Of a DNA stretch of 64,000 nucleotides, positions 1 to 11,477 are shown piece by piece; the stretch's first letter is position 1, and each line of letters begins with the position of its first letter. Source of the stretch: Macrostomum lignano (Eukaryota); NCBI GenBank assembly GCA_002269645.1, contig NIVC01000415.1, positions 1 through 64,000 of the forward strand, in the 5' to 3' direction. The position numbers and the translations under genes were made by a program. The notes beneath the pieces are model-generated. The model was not told where the DNA came from and searched no databases. It saw only the letters and a program-made list of their open reading frames with translations.

Positions 1-545
1 GTCATCATGGGTTGTTTTGGGTCATCATGGGTCGTTTTGGGTCGTCATGGTCGTTTTGGGTCATCATGGGTCGTTTGGGTCATCATGGGTCGTATTGGGT
101 CATCATGGGTCGTATTGGGTCATCATGGGTCGTTTGGGTCATCATGGTCGTTTTGGGTCATCATGGTCGTATTGGGTCATCATGGGTCGTTTGGGTCATC
201 GGTCGTTTTGGGTCATCATTAATCAGGTCGTCTTGGGTCATCATGGGTCTTGTAGATCATCATGGGTCGTATTGGTCATCATGGGTCGTTTTGGGTCATT
301 ATCGGTCGTTTTGAGTCATCATCGGTCGTTTCGGGTCATCATCGGTCTTTCAGGTCATCATCGGTCGTTTTGGGTCATATCGGTCTTTTCAGTCATCATC
401 GGTCGTTTTGGTCATCATCGGTCTTTTCAGGTCATCATCGGTCGTTTGGGTTCATAATCGGTCGTTTCGGGTCATCGTTGCTCATTTCGGGTCATCGTTG
501 CTCATTTCGGGTCATCGTTGCTCATTTCGGGTCATATTGGTCGTT
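1..545. repeat. Minisatellite, about 20 bp (GGTCATCATGGGTCGTTTTG)
   Basis: Degenerating tandem array upstream of exon 638. Confidence 0.9.
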
Positions 546-637
546 TTGAGCCTGCATCATATTGAATAGATCGTGATGGACCACCCTTAATCGTTAAGGA
601 TCATTTTAGATCATTCGACCTTCAATTGACCCCGCAG

Positions 638-970
638 GCTGACCGGCACGTTCTGGTCGAAGAGACGCGCCGTTTACGCCGACGCCTAGCGAAGCAGAGC
701 GCGGCCAGATTCACGACGGCGCGAGGAGACCCAGCTGGCGCAGCGCGGCTGGACGCCGTGTCTCGCCGCGCCGGCCAGTCGACACTGCCGCTGCAGAGCT
801 GGCCGCCGCCTCTCGACCGCGAACGTCATCGTCTGGCTGAAGCCGAAGCTCGACTGGAACGAAGTAGCGCCGATTCGGAGCGAATTCGACAGGCGCTGGC
901 CGTTCGCGAGGCGAACTGGACGGCTGAGGGAGGACCTGCGCATGGAGCAGAACTCCTGCGCAACACTTAG
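638..970 (+). CDS. Pericentrin/AKAP9-like coiled-coil gene, internal exon (frameshifted as given)
   Basis: Acceptor ccgcag|638, donor ttag|gtttgt at 971. Coiled-coil peptide (LDRERHRLAEAEARLERSS...EDLRMEQNSCATLR) is readable only by switching frame. Confidence 0.7.
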   Translation, partial: ADRHVLVEETRRLRRRLAKQSAARFTTARGDPAGAARLDAVSRRAGQSTLPLQSWPPPLDRERHRLAEAEARLERSSADSERIRQALAVREANWTAEGGPAHGAELLRNT

Positions 971-1726
971 GTTTGTTAATGGAAAAATCCGCTCTATATA
1001 GTTTATTTCGATACATATCGGTAATTCGACGTGTCTTCTTTACCAATACATACCGGATTGTCGATTTTATTTTTTCGATACATATCGGTGGGTTGTTTTT
1101 GTTTGTTATTGAATATTGTCCTGAGAACCGGTTTTTATTTATACCTTCATGACTATCTTCTAAAATATTGTTAGCTATAGCTATCATTTGAGTTATTCGC
1201 CTATTCAAATTGTAAAGCCTGAATTCCTAGACGATGTGGTGGACTCGTGTCTTAATTTATTATTCTATTTGTAGTTTTCTATTATCTAATTTCATTCTTG
1301 AACTTATACACCACCGATTAAATTATTTACAGTTTAACAGTTCGAGATCTACTGTAAGTAGCAAAATGAGTCTTTTTGTATTTATTTAAATTGCTATGCA
1401 AGAATATCACTTACAAAGGTGTATGAGCTTTAAGGCTAATTGCAAGTGCGCATGTGATTCATTGCCCAATGATTTGCCTAATAGTCTAGTCACCAGTGCG
1501 TCTTTTTATAGATATTAACCCCTTTCATACTACTACTCTCGTCGCGTCGAATAGTACAAGTAGTATCGCTTGCGCACGATTTATTTTGATCACTGTCTTT
1601 TTTTGTCATCCCGATTTTTTACGAAAATTGTGGGTTTTTTCCTCAAAATTAGACCGTCAGAGCAAGGTCATTCGCACTCTAGCAGTTCATTACTGCTTAT
1701 TCTGCATTTTCCTAACTAATTTACAG

Positions 1727-1883
1727 AGACGCCTTAGAGCAGGAGCAGCGAGGCAATACGCGTCTCAAGTCAGCTCTAGAGAGTCGATCCGATGAGGTTC
1801 AGAGGCTGGAATCTGAGCTGGAACAGTTTCGGTACAGGCAGACGACTAAGCACTCTGAAACAGGCTCTGGTGGCGGTGCACAG
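1727..1883 (+). CDS. Pericentrin/AKAP9-like gene, internal exon
   Basis: ttacag|A GAC GCC...GCA CAG|gtatgc encodes DALEQEQRGNTRLKSALESRSDEVQRLESELEQ; phases fit both neighbouring exons. Confidence 0.8.
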
Positions 1884-1909
1884 GTATGCTGCGGCGTTAT
1901 GAGTCTAAA

Positions 1910-2400
1910 TAATGACCTCTTTAAGTTTTAATCTGTACTGATTGGCCCAACCTTGACCTTTATTTACCTATCCGACCTTAAATAACCTTTGCTGACTTCA
2001 ATCTACCCTGACCTTGAAAGAAACCTCTGACATCAAAGCAACTTAACCTGTATAGCCTACATTCATCTTGCATAACCTAAAATGACCTTAAACAACTTAA
2101 ATAAATCTCCTTGACCTGAGTAGCCTACTGACCTGACCTTAATAACTTACCTGGCCTTAAATAACCTGCCTGACCTGACCTTAAATGACCTACCTTACCT
2201 GACCTAAATAACATACCTGACCTGACCTTAAATAACCTGCTTGACCTTAAATAACCTGCTTGACCTTAAATAACCTGCTTGACCTTAAATAACCTGCTTG
2301 ACCTTAAATTACCTACCTTACCTGACCTAAATAACATACCTGACCTGACCTTAAATAACCTACCTGACCTTAAATGACTCACTTAGTCACTTGACTCACC
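1910..2400. repeat. Intronic minisatellite (GACCTTAAATAACCTGCTT and variants)
   Basis: 19-24 bp units between exons ending 1883 and starting 2440. Confidence 0.85.
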
Positions 2401-2439
2401 AACCTGACCCAGCTTCAACCCCGCCCCATCCCTCACCAG

Positions 2440-2863
2440 AGCCTTCGCACCGCACTGGACGCGGAGCGCCAGAAGCTGCAAGACTGCCGCTCGTGCTGGA
2501 AGCCGAACGAATCAAACTGGCCGGCGCCGCTCGCGAATGCGACCTGCACAAGCGGCACCGTCAGCGAGCCGAAGCTGAAGCCGAACGCCTGCGCGACTCG
2601 CTAGACAGAGGCGAGCAGCAGCTAAACGAGGTTCGAGCTGCATTGCAACGCGAACGAGCCTCGGCTCAGGCTCTGGCCGAATCGCTGGAATCCGAGCGCA
2701 TCGGGTCCGCGAACTGTGGCTCCGCTGCGCCCGCCTGGAGACCGAAGGCGGCGGTCTGCGCCAGCGGGCTGAACGAGCCGACGAGCAGCGGGATGCAGCT
2801 GAGCGGAAGCTGGCCCAGGTGGAGGCCCGGCTGCATCAGCTGGCCAGCCAGCAGAGAGTTCAG
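2440..2863 (+). CDS. Pericentrin/AKAP9-like gene, internal exon (two frameshifts as given)
   Basis: caccag|AGC CTT...GTT CAG|gtgcgt encodes SLRTALDAERQKLQDC..LVLEAERIKL...ERKLAQVEARLHQLASQQRVQ, a heptad coiled coil. Confidence 0.75.
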
Positions 2864-3084
2864 GTGCGTTATTTTGCTACTGCATCCGCTGCCGCTACTA
2901 CTAGTAGTAGTGTTTACCGTAGCCATGGCGATGCCTATTTGCAGTCTTGCGATTGCGAGTTTCAAGATGACTGAATATTTTTCATGTCTTCTGTGCGTTA
3001 TTACAGCTGTTTTAAGCGTTTTACAAGCTCGAAATTTTATAAATTCGGAGCTTCAATTAGGCTCGAATATTCGATTCTTCATTT

Positions 3085-3945
3085 TTTAAGCTGGAATCTT
3101 CGAAGCTTCATTTAAGCTCGAATCTTCATTTAAGCCCGAATCTTCATTTAAGCCCAAATCTTCATTTAAGCCCGAATCTTCATTTAAGCCGAATCTTCAT
3201 TTAAGCCCGAATCTTCATTTAAGCCCGAATCTTCGAAACTTCATTTAAGCCCGAATCTTCGAATCTTCATTTAAGCCCGAATCTTCGAATCTTCATTTAA
3301 GCCCGAATCTTCGAATCTTCATTTAAGCCCGAATCTTCGAATCTTCATTTAAGCCCGAATCTTCGAATCTTCATTTAAGCCCGAATCTTCGAATCTTCAT
3401 TTAAGCCCGAATCTTCATTTAAGCCCGAATCTTCATTTAAGCCGCGAATCTTCATTTAAGCCCGAATCTTCATTTAAGCCCGAATCTTCGAATCTTCATT
3501 TAAGCTCGAATCTTCGAATCTTTATTTAAGCCCGAATCTTCGAATCTTCATTTAAACCCGAATCTTCATTTAAGCCCGAATCTTCATTTAAGCCCGAATC
3601 TTCATTTAAGCCCGAATCTTTATTTAAGCCCGAATCTTCGAATCTTCATTTAAGCTCGAATCTTCGAATCTTTATTTAAGCCCGAATCTTCGAATCTTCA
3701 TTTAAGCTCGAATCTTCGAATCTTTATTTAAGCCCGAATCTTCGAATCTTCATTTAGCTCGAATCTTCGAATCTTCATTTAAGCTCGAATCTTTGAATCT
3801 TAATTTAAGCTTGAATCTTCGAATCTTCATTTAAGCTGGAATCTTCGAATCTTCATTTAAGCTCGAATCTTCGAATCTTCATTTAAGCTCGAATCTTCGA
3901 ATCTTCGTTTAAGCTCGAGTCTTAGAACCTTTACATAAGCTCCAT
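3085..3945. repeat. Intronic minisatellite, 18/26 bp (GAATCTTCATTTAAGCCC with optional GAATCTTC)
   Basis: Direct inspection. Confidence 0.9.
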
Positions 3946-4574
3946 ATATGAAATAAGAATAAAATTTCGAACTTGTGAAATCGAACACTTTTTTAACTTG
4001 TATCAATTTTTTCTTAGAAATGTTTGTCTAGTTTCTGAGAATCTGGAACTATTTCGTTTTTCTTAGAGAAATGGACTTGCCCTATAGCTGTCTTGTGCTT
4101 TTTCCGTCATTGTTACTAATAGTAGTTGCTTGTTGCCTTATTTATTTCTGTATTTCTATTGTACGATTAAAGTTAACTATGGCTTTACATTTATGTTGCG
4201 AAACTAACGATGCTACTGCTGCCTAGTAGTAGAGATGCTACTATGAGTAAGTGAGGACGAATATCGAATGCTTCGAATTTGAAAAAAATCCTGCTTTTAA
4301 CCTAAAACCGTAAGCTGATATTCTGGTTGCTTGAATTTCAATTTCTTTAAAATATCACCTTTTTTGCTTGGATGACGATTATTTATATTCACAAGAATCA
4401 ACATTGAAAATATTTTCCTAGTGTGCACCCACTTATAACTCATTTTTGTCATTTGTTCTATGTAGATTTTTATTTGCACCTAACATTCATTGCAGTTTTT
4501 TGTCACAATCTAACCGTTTAGGGGTTTCTTATCTAAAAATAGATTTACTGGAGTCCTTAAAATGGCCTTCAGAT

Positions 4575-5060
4575 ATATAGATAGGGCTTCAGGTACCTAG
4601 ATAGGGCTTCAGGTACATAGATAGGACTTCAGGTACCTAGATAGGACTTCAGGTACCTAGATAGGGCTTCAGGTACCTAGATAGGACTTCAGGTACCTAG
4701 ATAGGGCTTCAGGTACCTAGATAGGACTTCAGGTACCTAGATAGGGCTTCAGGTACCTAGATAGGGCTTCAGGTACATAGATAGGACTTCAGGTACCTAG
4801 ATAGGGCTTCAGGTACATAGATAGGACTTCAGGTACCTAGATAGGGCTTCAGGTACATAGATAGGACTTCAGGTACCTAGATAGGGCTTCAGGTACATAG
4901 ATAGGACTTCAGGTACCTAGATAGGACTTCATGTACCTAGATAGGGCTTCAGGTAATAGATAGGACTTCAGGTACCTAGATAGGACTTCAGGTACCTAGA
5001 TAGGACTTCATGTACCTAGATAGGACTTCAAGTACCTAAATAGGACTTCAGGTACCTAAA
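4575..5060. repeat. Intronic minisatellite, 20 bp (CAGGTACCTAGATAGGGCTT)
   Basis: Direct inspection. Confidence 0.92.
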
Positions 5061-5189
5061 AGAAGCCTTTATTTACTATTGATCAAGCCCTTTTTTGCTT
5101 TTTTTACAGTTGTAGGTACTAATAAGAGTATTTTTCAAATCACCGATATGTATCGAAAATAACTTAACACGGAAATAAAATTTTCACAG

Positions 5190-5803
5190 TCGCCAACTCC
5201 GCCGGCTGGCGCCACCCGCCTACGGTCAGTCGAATCCGCGCCACCCGCTCGGGCACCAGCAGTCATCAACTGGACGACAGCTTCCGCGATCTGGCCAGCT
5301 CGCTTCAACGAATAAACTCTGGCGACGAGGATCATCGCCGTTTGGCAGCCCGGCTGATGGAGCAGAATCGGCAGCTGCAGGAGCGGCTTCGGCGGTCAGA
5401 TGAAGATCGTCGGGCTCGCACAGAATCTGTTGCAGCTTCCTCGCCTCAGCATCATCGCCAGCCTCATCATCATCATCAGCAGCAGCATCAGCAGCCGTAT
5501 TACGCGAAATATCTACGCGCTGAAAAGCATCGCCGAGATTTAGTCTATCAGAAGGAGTACCTGCGACTGTTGCTGAGCCGCTACAGCCAGTCTGAAGATT
5601 CCTCTGTTGACGAATCTATGTTTGATGGAGCAGCACATCGGCAGTTGCGGTGCCAGCTGCAGCAGCAGCAGCAGCAAAGACCGAGGCGTCGCTGTTGGCG
5701 ACTTCGTTCGGCGGTGTACGCCGTGATGGCGGCTTGGAGACTGCGGATGCTGACTAGGCGATGGCGGAGAGCCGTTGGGGTGACTGCATCGGTCGATGTT
5801 TGA
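5190..5803 (+). CDS. PCNT: Terminal exon with PACT centrosome-targeting domain (pericentrin/AKAP9/PLP family)
   Basis: YYAKYLRAEKHRRDLVYQKEYLRLLL and RLRSAVYAVMAAWRLRMLTRRW match the two conserved PACT blocks (YGKYLRAESFRKALIYQKKYL; RFRSAVxxVxAxxRxxxLxxRW). Acceptor ttttcacag|5190, stop at 5803; one frame change near the exon start. PCNT versus AKAP9 orthology cannot be resolved. Confidence 0.85.
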
Positions 5804-5889
5804 GCTTGATATTTGGCTGATTCTGGAGTCAGAATAGTTTAACTGGAATTTATTATGAAATTGTCGAACTTCTGATTGGCTTCGGATGC

Positions 5890-7025
5890 GCTTCTAGATA
5901 CCCTCTGGCACTTATCTGGATACCCTCTGGCACTTATCTGGATACCCTCTGGCACTTATCTGGATACCCTCTGGCACTTATCTGGATACCCTCTGGCACT
6001 TATCTGGATACCCTCTGGCACTTATCTGGATACCCTCTGGCACTTATCTGGATACCCTCTGGCACTTATCTGGATACCCTCTGGCACTTATCTGGATACC
6101 CTCTGGCACTTATCTGGATACCCTCTGGCACTTATCTGGATACCCTCTGACACTTATCTGGATACCCTCTGGCACTTATCTGGATACCCTCTGGCACTTA
6201 TCTGGATACCCTCTGGCACTTATCTGGATACCCTCTGGCACTTATCTGGATACCCTCTGGCACTTATCTGGATACCCTCTGGCACTTATCTGGATACCCT
6301 CTGACACTTATCTAGATACCCTCTGGCACTTATCTAGATACCCTCTGACACTTATCTAGATACCCTCTGGCACTTATCTGGATACCCTCTGACACTTATC
6401 TTGATACCCTCTGGCACTTATCTGGATACCCTCTGACACTTATCTTGATACCCTCTGGCACTTATCTGGATACCCTCTGACACTTATCTTGATACCCTCT
6501 GGCACTTATCTGGATACCCTCTGACACTTATCTAAATACCCTCGGATACTTATCTAAATGCCCTCGGATACTTATTTGTTATACCCTTAAAATTTATTAT
6601 TTAGATACCCAGGCAGTTATTTAAATAGCCCTGCTGCTTAACTAGATACCCCAGACAATGATCAAGATACCTCATACGGTGCTCTAGATACCCCAGGCAG
6701 TGCTCTAGATACCCCAGGCGTGCTCTAGATACCCCAGGCAGTGATCTAGATACCCAAGGCAGTGCTCTAGATACCCCAGGCAGTGATCTAGATACCCCAG
6801 GCAGTGATCTAGATACCCAAGGCAGTGCTCTAGATACCCCAGGCAGTGATCTAGATACCCAAGGCAGTGCTCTAGATACCCCAGACAATGCTCTAGATAC
6901 CCCAGACAATGCTCTAGATATCCCAGGCAGTGCTCTAGATACCCCAGGCGTGCTCTAAATACCCCGGGTGTGCTCTAGATACCCCAGGCAGTGATCTAGA
7001 TACCCAGGCAGTGATCTAGAGACCC
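5890..7025. repeat. Two adjacent related arrays: 22 bp GGATACCCTCTGGCACTTATCT and 21 bp AGATACCCCAGGCAGTGCTCT
   Basis: Arrays at about 5890-6570 and 6600-7025 share GATACCC..GGCA. Confidence 0.9.
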
Positions 7026-7719
7026 CAGACGCAAATTAAACGAATACCCTTGAGTTTGACTTTAAAAATTCGAACCCCCATGCCACGGATTAGCCGGGGT
7101 AAACCGGCAATCACTCGCATTGTGTCAATTTTACCATTGTACATGTATAAATATGTACAGTCGATATTTGCAACTTTGCCGCTCGGCCAGCCCCAATGCA
7201 AGTCGCGGTTTTTTAGTCATCAGAGAGCTGCTTTTCTACTGTGTCTTACTTGGTCTCTGATGATGGGTGACATAGACTGAGCATATTTCTATATTTATAC
7301 TCATTTATATACAAGACAGACTACTTATATTGATAAGCAGTGCTTTTTTCTGTCGCTCTTTTTTTCACAACTTTTCTGTCTCTCAGACAAGCTCAATTAA
7401 GGCTGAGCACTTCTCTGACCCCGTAGCAACCAGTTTTGTCCTCAATTTGTGTCTTTACTTTTTTACTGACTAGATACGTATGTATTTAAGCGTACATTTT
7501 AAGGTGTAAATATTTAGCTTAATCTTGCAGCGCTATTGAAATAATAAGCAGATTAAATGGGCTAATAATCCATTACACCGTGTGCCTATGACAGGTTTGC
7601 TTTTGTGTTTATTCCTTTGCTTGATTATTAATTCGTTATTCAAAATGTGAAATTTAGAATAACTTGATTGATTGACTGTTCAGGAGATACTTGAAGCTTT
7701 TGGTCGGTCTGCATCGAAT

Positions 7720-8230
7720 CTCGCTTCCTGAGCCGTAAGTCCCGATTTCTGAGCCGTAAGTCCCGCTTCCTGAGCTGTAAGTCCCGATTCCTGAGCTGTA
7801 AGTCCCGATTCCTGAGCTGTAAGTCCCGATTCCTGAGCTGTAAGTCCCGATTCCTGCCCTGTAAGTCCCGATTCCTGAGCCGTAAGTCCCGATCCCTGCT
7901 ATGTAAGTCCCGCTTCCTGAGCTGTAAGTCCCGATTCCTGCCCTGTAAGTCCCGATTCCTGCCCTGTAAGTCCCGATTCCTGAGCTGTAAGTCCCGATTC
8001 CTGAGCTGTAAGTCTCGATTCCTGAGCCGTAAGTCCCGCTTCCTGAGCTGTAAGTCCCGATTCCTGAGCTGTAAGTCCCGATTCCTGAGCCGTAAGTCCC
8101 GATTCCTGTCCTGTAAGTCCCGATTCCTGTCTTGTAAGTCCCGATTCCTGAGCTGCAAGTCCTGATTCCTGAGCTGCAAGTCCTGATTCCTGAGCCGTAA
8201 GTCACGATTCTTGAGCTGTAAGTCCCGATT
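7720..8230. repeat. Minisatellite, 21 bp (CCTGAGCTGTAAGTCCCGATT)
   Basis: Explains the repetitive RNRDLQL ORF. Confidence 0.92.
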
Positions 8231-9193
8231 AAATTCTAAGGATTCTGATCCCAAATCTCAGAACCCCATTTCAGATCTACAAAAATTTCGGTCTGAAATC
8301 TCAAAACTCAGTATCCCAACTCTTGATCTTCTTTTCTCGAACCACAAAGTTATTAAGATTACAATTTCCACTTTCAAATCTGCATTCGAGAATTTCTATT
8401 GCGATTCTGAATTGCGTAAAGAGAATGAGAAGACAAGGTCTCTCAAGATTAACTCATTCTGTCTCTGATTCTCAAATGCCTGTTTTTCTGTTTGCGTTTT
8501 CTTTCTACTTTCTTCTCTTTTTCCTTAAGAAATGAGAAAATGCGTTTCATTATTGCGGCAACTTAAACTGCCTTAAACTGATGGTGTCTACAGACAGTGT
8601 GTCCGGCACTCGGCCATGGGTTATTCTTGTTCAACCAGAATTTGACAGCATCTCTGTGCTGTCGGGTTTTTGTGGTTTTTTTAAAAGCCAACGTTGCACA
8701 GTTCATGCATTCTGTGTTTTTTACTTTGTCTGCTTTTTTCTATCAGTTTATTTTCTGTTCGTTCCAATGATTGAGATCAGTTCACTGCTTCAGCTAACGG
8801 GCAGCCTGTGGGGGGGGGGGGTTGTTGATGAATTCTGAAAGCTTTCACTTTTTCTGTTGATAATCTGTGTTTTTTCTTGCTTTTTTATTTATGCGAAAAA
8901 AATAATAGTCGAAACTACTACTTCACTTGGCTACTGTCAGTAGGCAGATTTGGCAATATATCTACTTTTGTCCGCCAGCGGAGGACTGTATAAAAACTAG
9001 CGAATAAAAAACGGTCTTTTCAATTCTTTTTTGTTGCTTTATAATGTTTTCTCTCTTGGTTTGAATTTTGAACTGTCAACGAATTTCAGTGCAATTGAGA
9101 AAAACATCAGATTGATTGTTTTCTTGTTCTTCTAAGAAATATATTTTGCTATTGTGCACCAGCGCTACTAGTAATATAGTAAATATATAAGTT

Positions 9194-10023
9194 TTAACCA
9201 TTTGGAAGCCAAAGGCCTGCACTGCAGGCCATACCGAAACGGCCCAGAAACCCAGAGATTGAAAAATGTCTATGGCATCAAAAACCATCTCCCAATCACT
9301 AAAGCAAGTGCCCAGTATGGCCTGCTGTGCAGGCCATGACTGATTTAAAGACGTCCATTATGCATTTCCATTGTGTTTTCACTCAAATGGGAAATGTTAA
9401 AGGGGAAATAAAGCGTGGATGAATTAGCATGGATCTGGACAGAGACCAGGATTTCCGGGACATTGGCTGCAGCAAAATACTGTCTTCTTAGCTGGAACGG
9501 CAGATTTCAAATTCGGAATCGTTTGCTTGGGCGAGTCTGGGCTTCCCGTTGCTGGGAGTCGTCCGTGTATATGTGGTATCCTTCGCCCAGCACTTCGCGG
9601 CTAAGCTCAGCAACAACTCTCGCTCTCTTCCTCGCCATTTTCTGCACTCTCCTGCTGGAACTCCCTGACTGCCAACCACATTCGCTCATTGGTCCATGTG
9701 ACAAGACTGTGGTGAGAAACTCTTCAGTCAGGATCAATTTCTGGATCCATGCCTTCCGACTCCGTTTCTGACTAAAAAACCGTCAAGTCATTGCTTGATA
9801 AAGCGTCTTCCGAATCGGAATCGAGTCCCAGTCTACGCAAGGCGTCACTTTTAGCTGTCCTATTCGGCCGCGTAAAAGCCATTTGTGGGTAGGAAGGTTT
9901 GAACAGGAGCTAGCTGAAAAACTATGTGATATACTTTACTTCTGGGCTTCTAGGGTGTGCACTCGATTCAGCAAAAAAGACAAATTTGTCTATGGACTGC
10001 TCTGCAGGCCTTTGGGCTTTTAA
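9194..10023 (-). mobile_element. Internally deleted, non-autonomous piggyBac transposon
   Basis: TTAA at 9194 and 10020; imperfect inverted ends sharing GGCCTGCnnGCAGGCC. Minus-strand remnants: acidic N-terminus (ATG 9882, GLDSDSED), VAELSREVLGEGYHIYTD (DDD core) and KKTVFCCSQCPGNPGLCPDPC (C-terminal CRD). Confidence 0.8.
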
Positions 10024-10345
10024 GCCATCTTACAGAACCAAGCTTGGGCGCGAAGTGGTTTTAATCGGCCGACTGCGGTGTGCTATTGTTGCACTTTTGT
10101 AGAGAAAAATAATTTTTGAGCAACCTCCAAATTTTGTCTGCTTTAATTGTTTCTGCTACCGCTTAAAACCAAACAGATTAAACCCATGATATAAAAATTA
10201 GTCAACTACTACTTAGATGACGATGCGTTTACTGGTAAAAATGCAGGTACTATTTCTCTCACCGTTTACCCACCACACGTAGAATAAATAGAACGAGCGA
10301 CCTTGATTTTGATTTTTGACCTATGACCGAAATCTTGATCTAATG

Positions 10346-10767
10346 CAGGGGTCGGCACAAATTTACCTCAAAGGTCAGGTAGAGAACCCAGGGCATGACT
10401 GCGGGCCAGAGGAGGAGAGAGAAAAGAAATGAGAAAAGAGAAGCGAAACAGGAGAAAGGAAAAGGCGAGGAAATGAAGTAAAAGAGAAGAGAAATGATAA
10501 AGAAGAGAGGAGAGTGGATAGAGGAGAGAGGAGAAAGAGAAGAGGAGAAGTGAGAGGAGAGGAGCGAAACGAGACGAGAAGGGGGAGGAGAGACGAGAAC
10601 GGAGAGGAGAGAATAGGGAGAGACTAGAGGGGAGAGAAGAGGGAGAGAAGAGGAAAAAAAGAGAGACGAGAAGGGAGAGGAGATGAGAGTTTAGAGAGAA
10701 CAGAACTGAGAAGATACACAAACCTTGAGCGGGCCGGATCGCTATTTTGAAGTTTCAAAAGACCCTG
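10346..10767. mobile_element. hAT-type MITE with internal GA-rich satellite (copy 1)
   Basis: Begins CAGGGGTCGGC, ends GACCCTG; 8-bp TSD ATCTAATG/ATCTAATA; ends similar to the copy at 57970. Confidence 0.75.
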
Positions 10768-11105
10768 ATCTAATAATACATGTTTTTAGTTATTTGGCAG
10801 CTTAAAATTTAGACAAATTTTGACCAGGTTTGCACCTGTGGCCCATGCTATGACCTTGACTCTATAGCTTGATATTGCAGCAGCACGCACCGTCTCTTTA
10901 AATTGTCACGAGTTATGGGACTCTACACTTTACTCCTAACAGTCGTTTTAAGAAACTTAAAAACTTTTTTTCAATTAAAAGTTTAAACAAAACTGATCGC
11001 ACCATGCATCGCTCATATTTATTTTGATTGTTTTTGTAGTGAAAATATTGCCAAACATTGAATATCTCATAGGGGATATCAATATACTTAGCGTGGCATC
11101 ATAAA

Positions 11106-11477
11106 CTAGCGATAGTAGTAATCGTGATCTTCGTAATAGTAGTACTCTCTCTCCGGGTGCCCATATCCATGACGATGGTGGTCCTGGTAGCCAACGGGTC
11201 CGCGACGTTCGTAGCCGCGATGATGAGGTGCAGCAGGTCTTCCGCCTGGCTGCTGGTAGCCTCTACCAGCTGGGGTCGCAGCCTCCTCGGATTCCTCGGG
11301 CAGCGGCGGAGCTACTGGGTCGCCTTGGTATTTGCGCTCAAGAAGGTACCTTAGCTTGTAGCTGGTCTCGTCCTCCACAACTGGGTGACCGCGTCTGCCT
11401 CCGCGCTGACGATAGCTCAGGGCGTAAGCGGTGTTGACTAACAGCACAATCAGCAGAACTGCAGATAATTGCTGCAT
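11106..11477 (-). CDS. Small secreted Tyr/Gly/His-rich protein, 123 aa, single coding exon
   Basis: ATG at 11477; hydrophobic signal peptide MQQLSAVLLIVLLVNTAYA; 16 Tyr, no Cys; GC-rich island in AT-rich flanks; acceptor-like ttttacag at 11549-11556 upstream. Confidence 0.75.
   Translation of the reverse strand: MQQLSAVLLIVLLVNTAYALSYRQRGGRRGHPVVEDETSYKLRYLLERKYQGDPVAPPLPEESEEAATPAGRGYQQPGGRPAAPHHRGYERRGPVGYQDHHRHGYGHPEREYYYYEDHDYYYR

Noticed and set aside
626-970. Stand-alone 114-aa ORF ending at TAG 970
   Set aside because: The TAG overlaps a splice donor and belongs to a shifted frame; the segment is an exon of the PACT gene.
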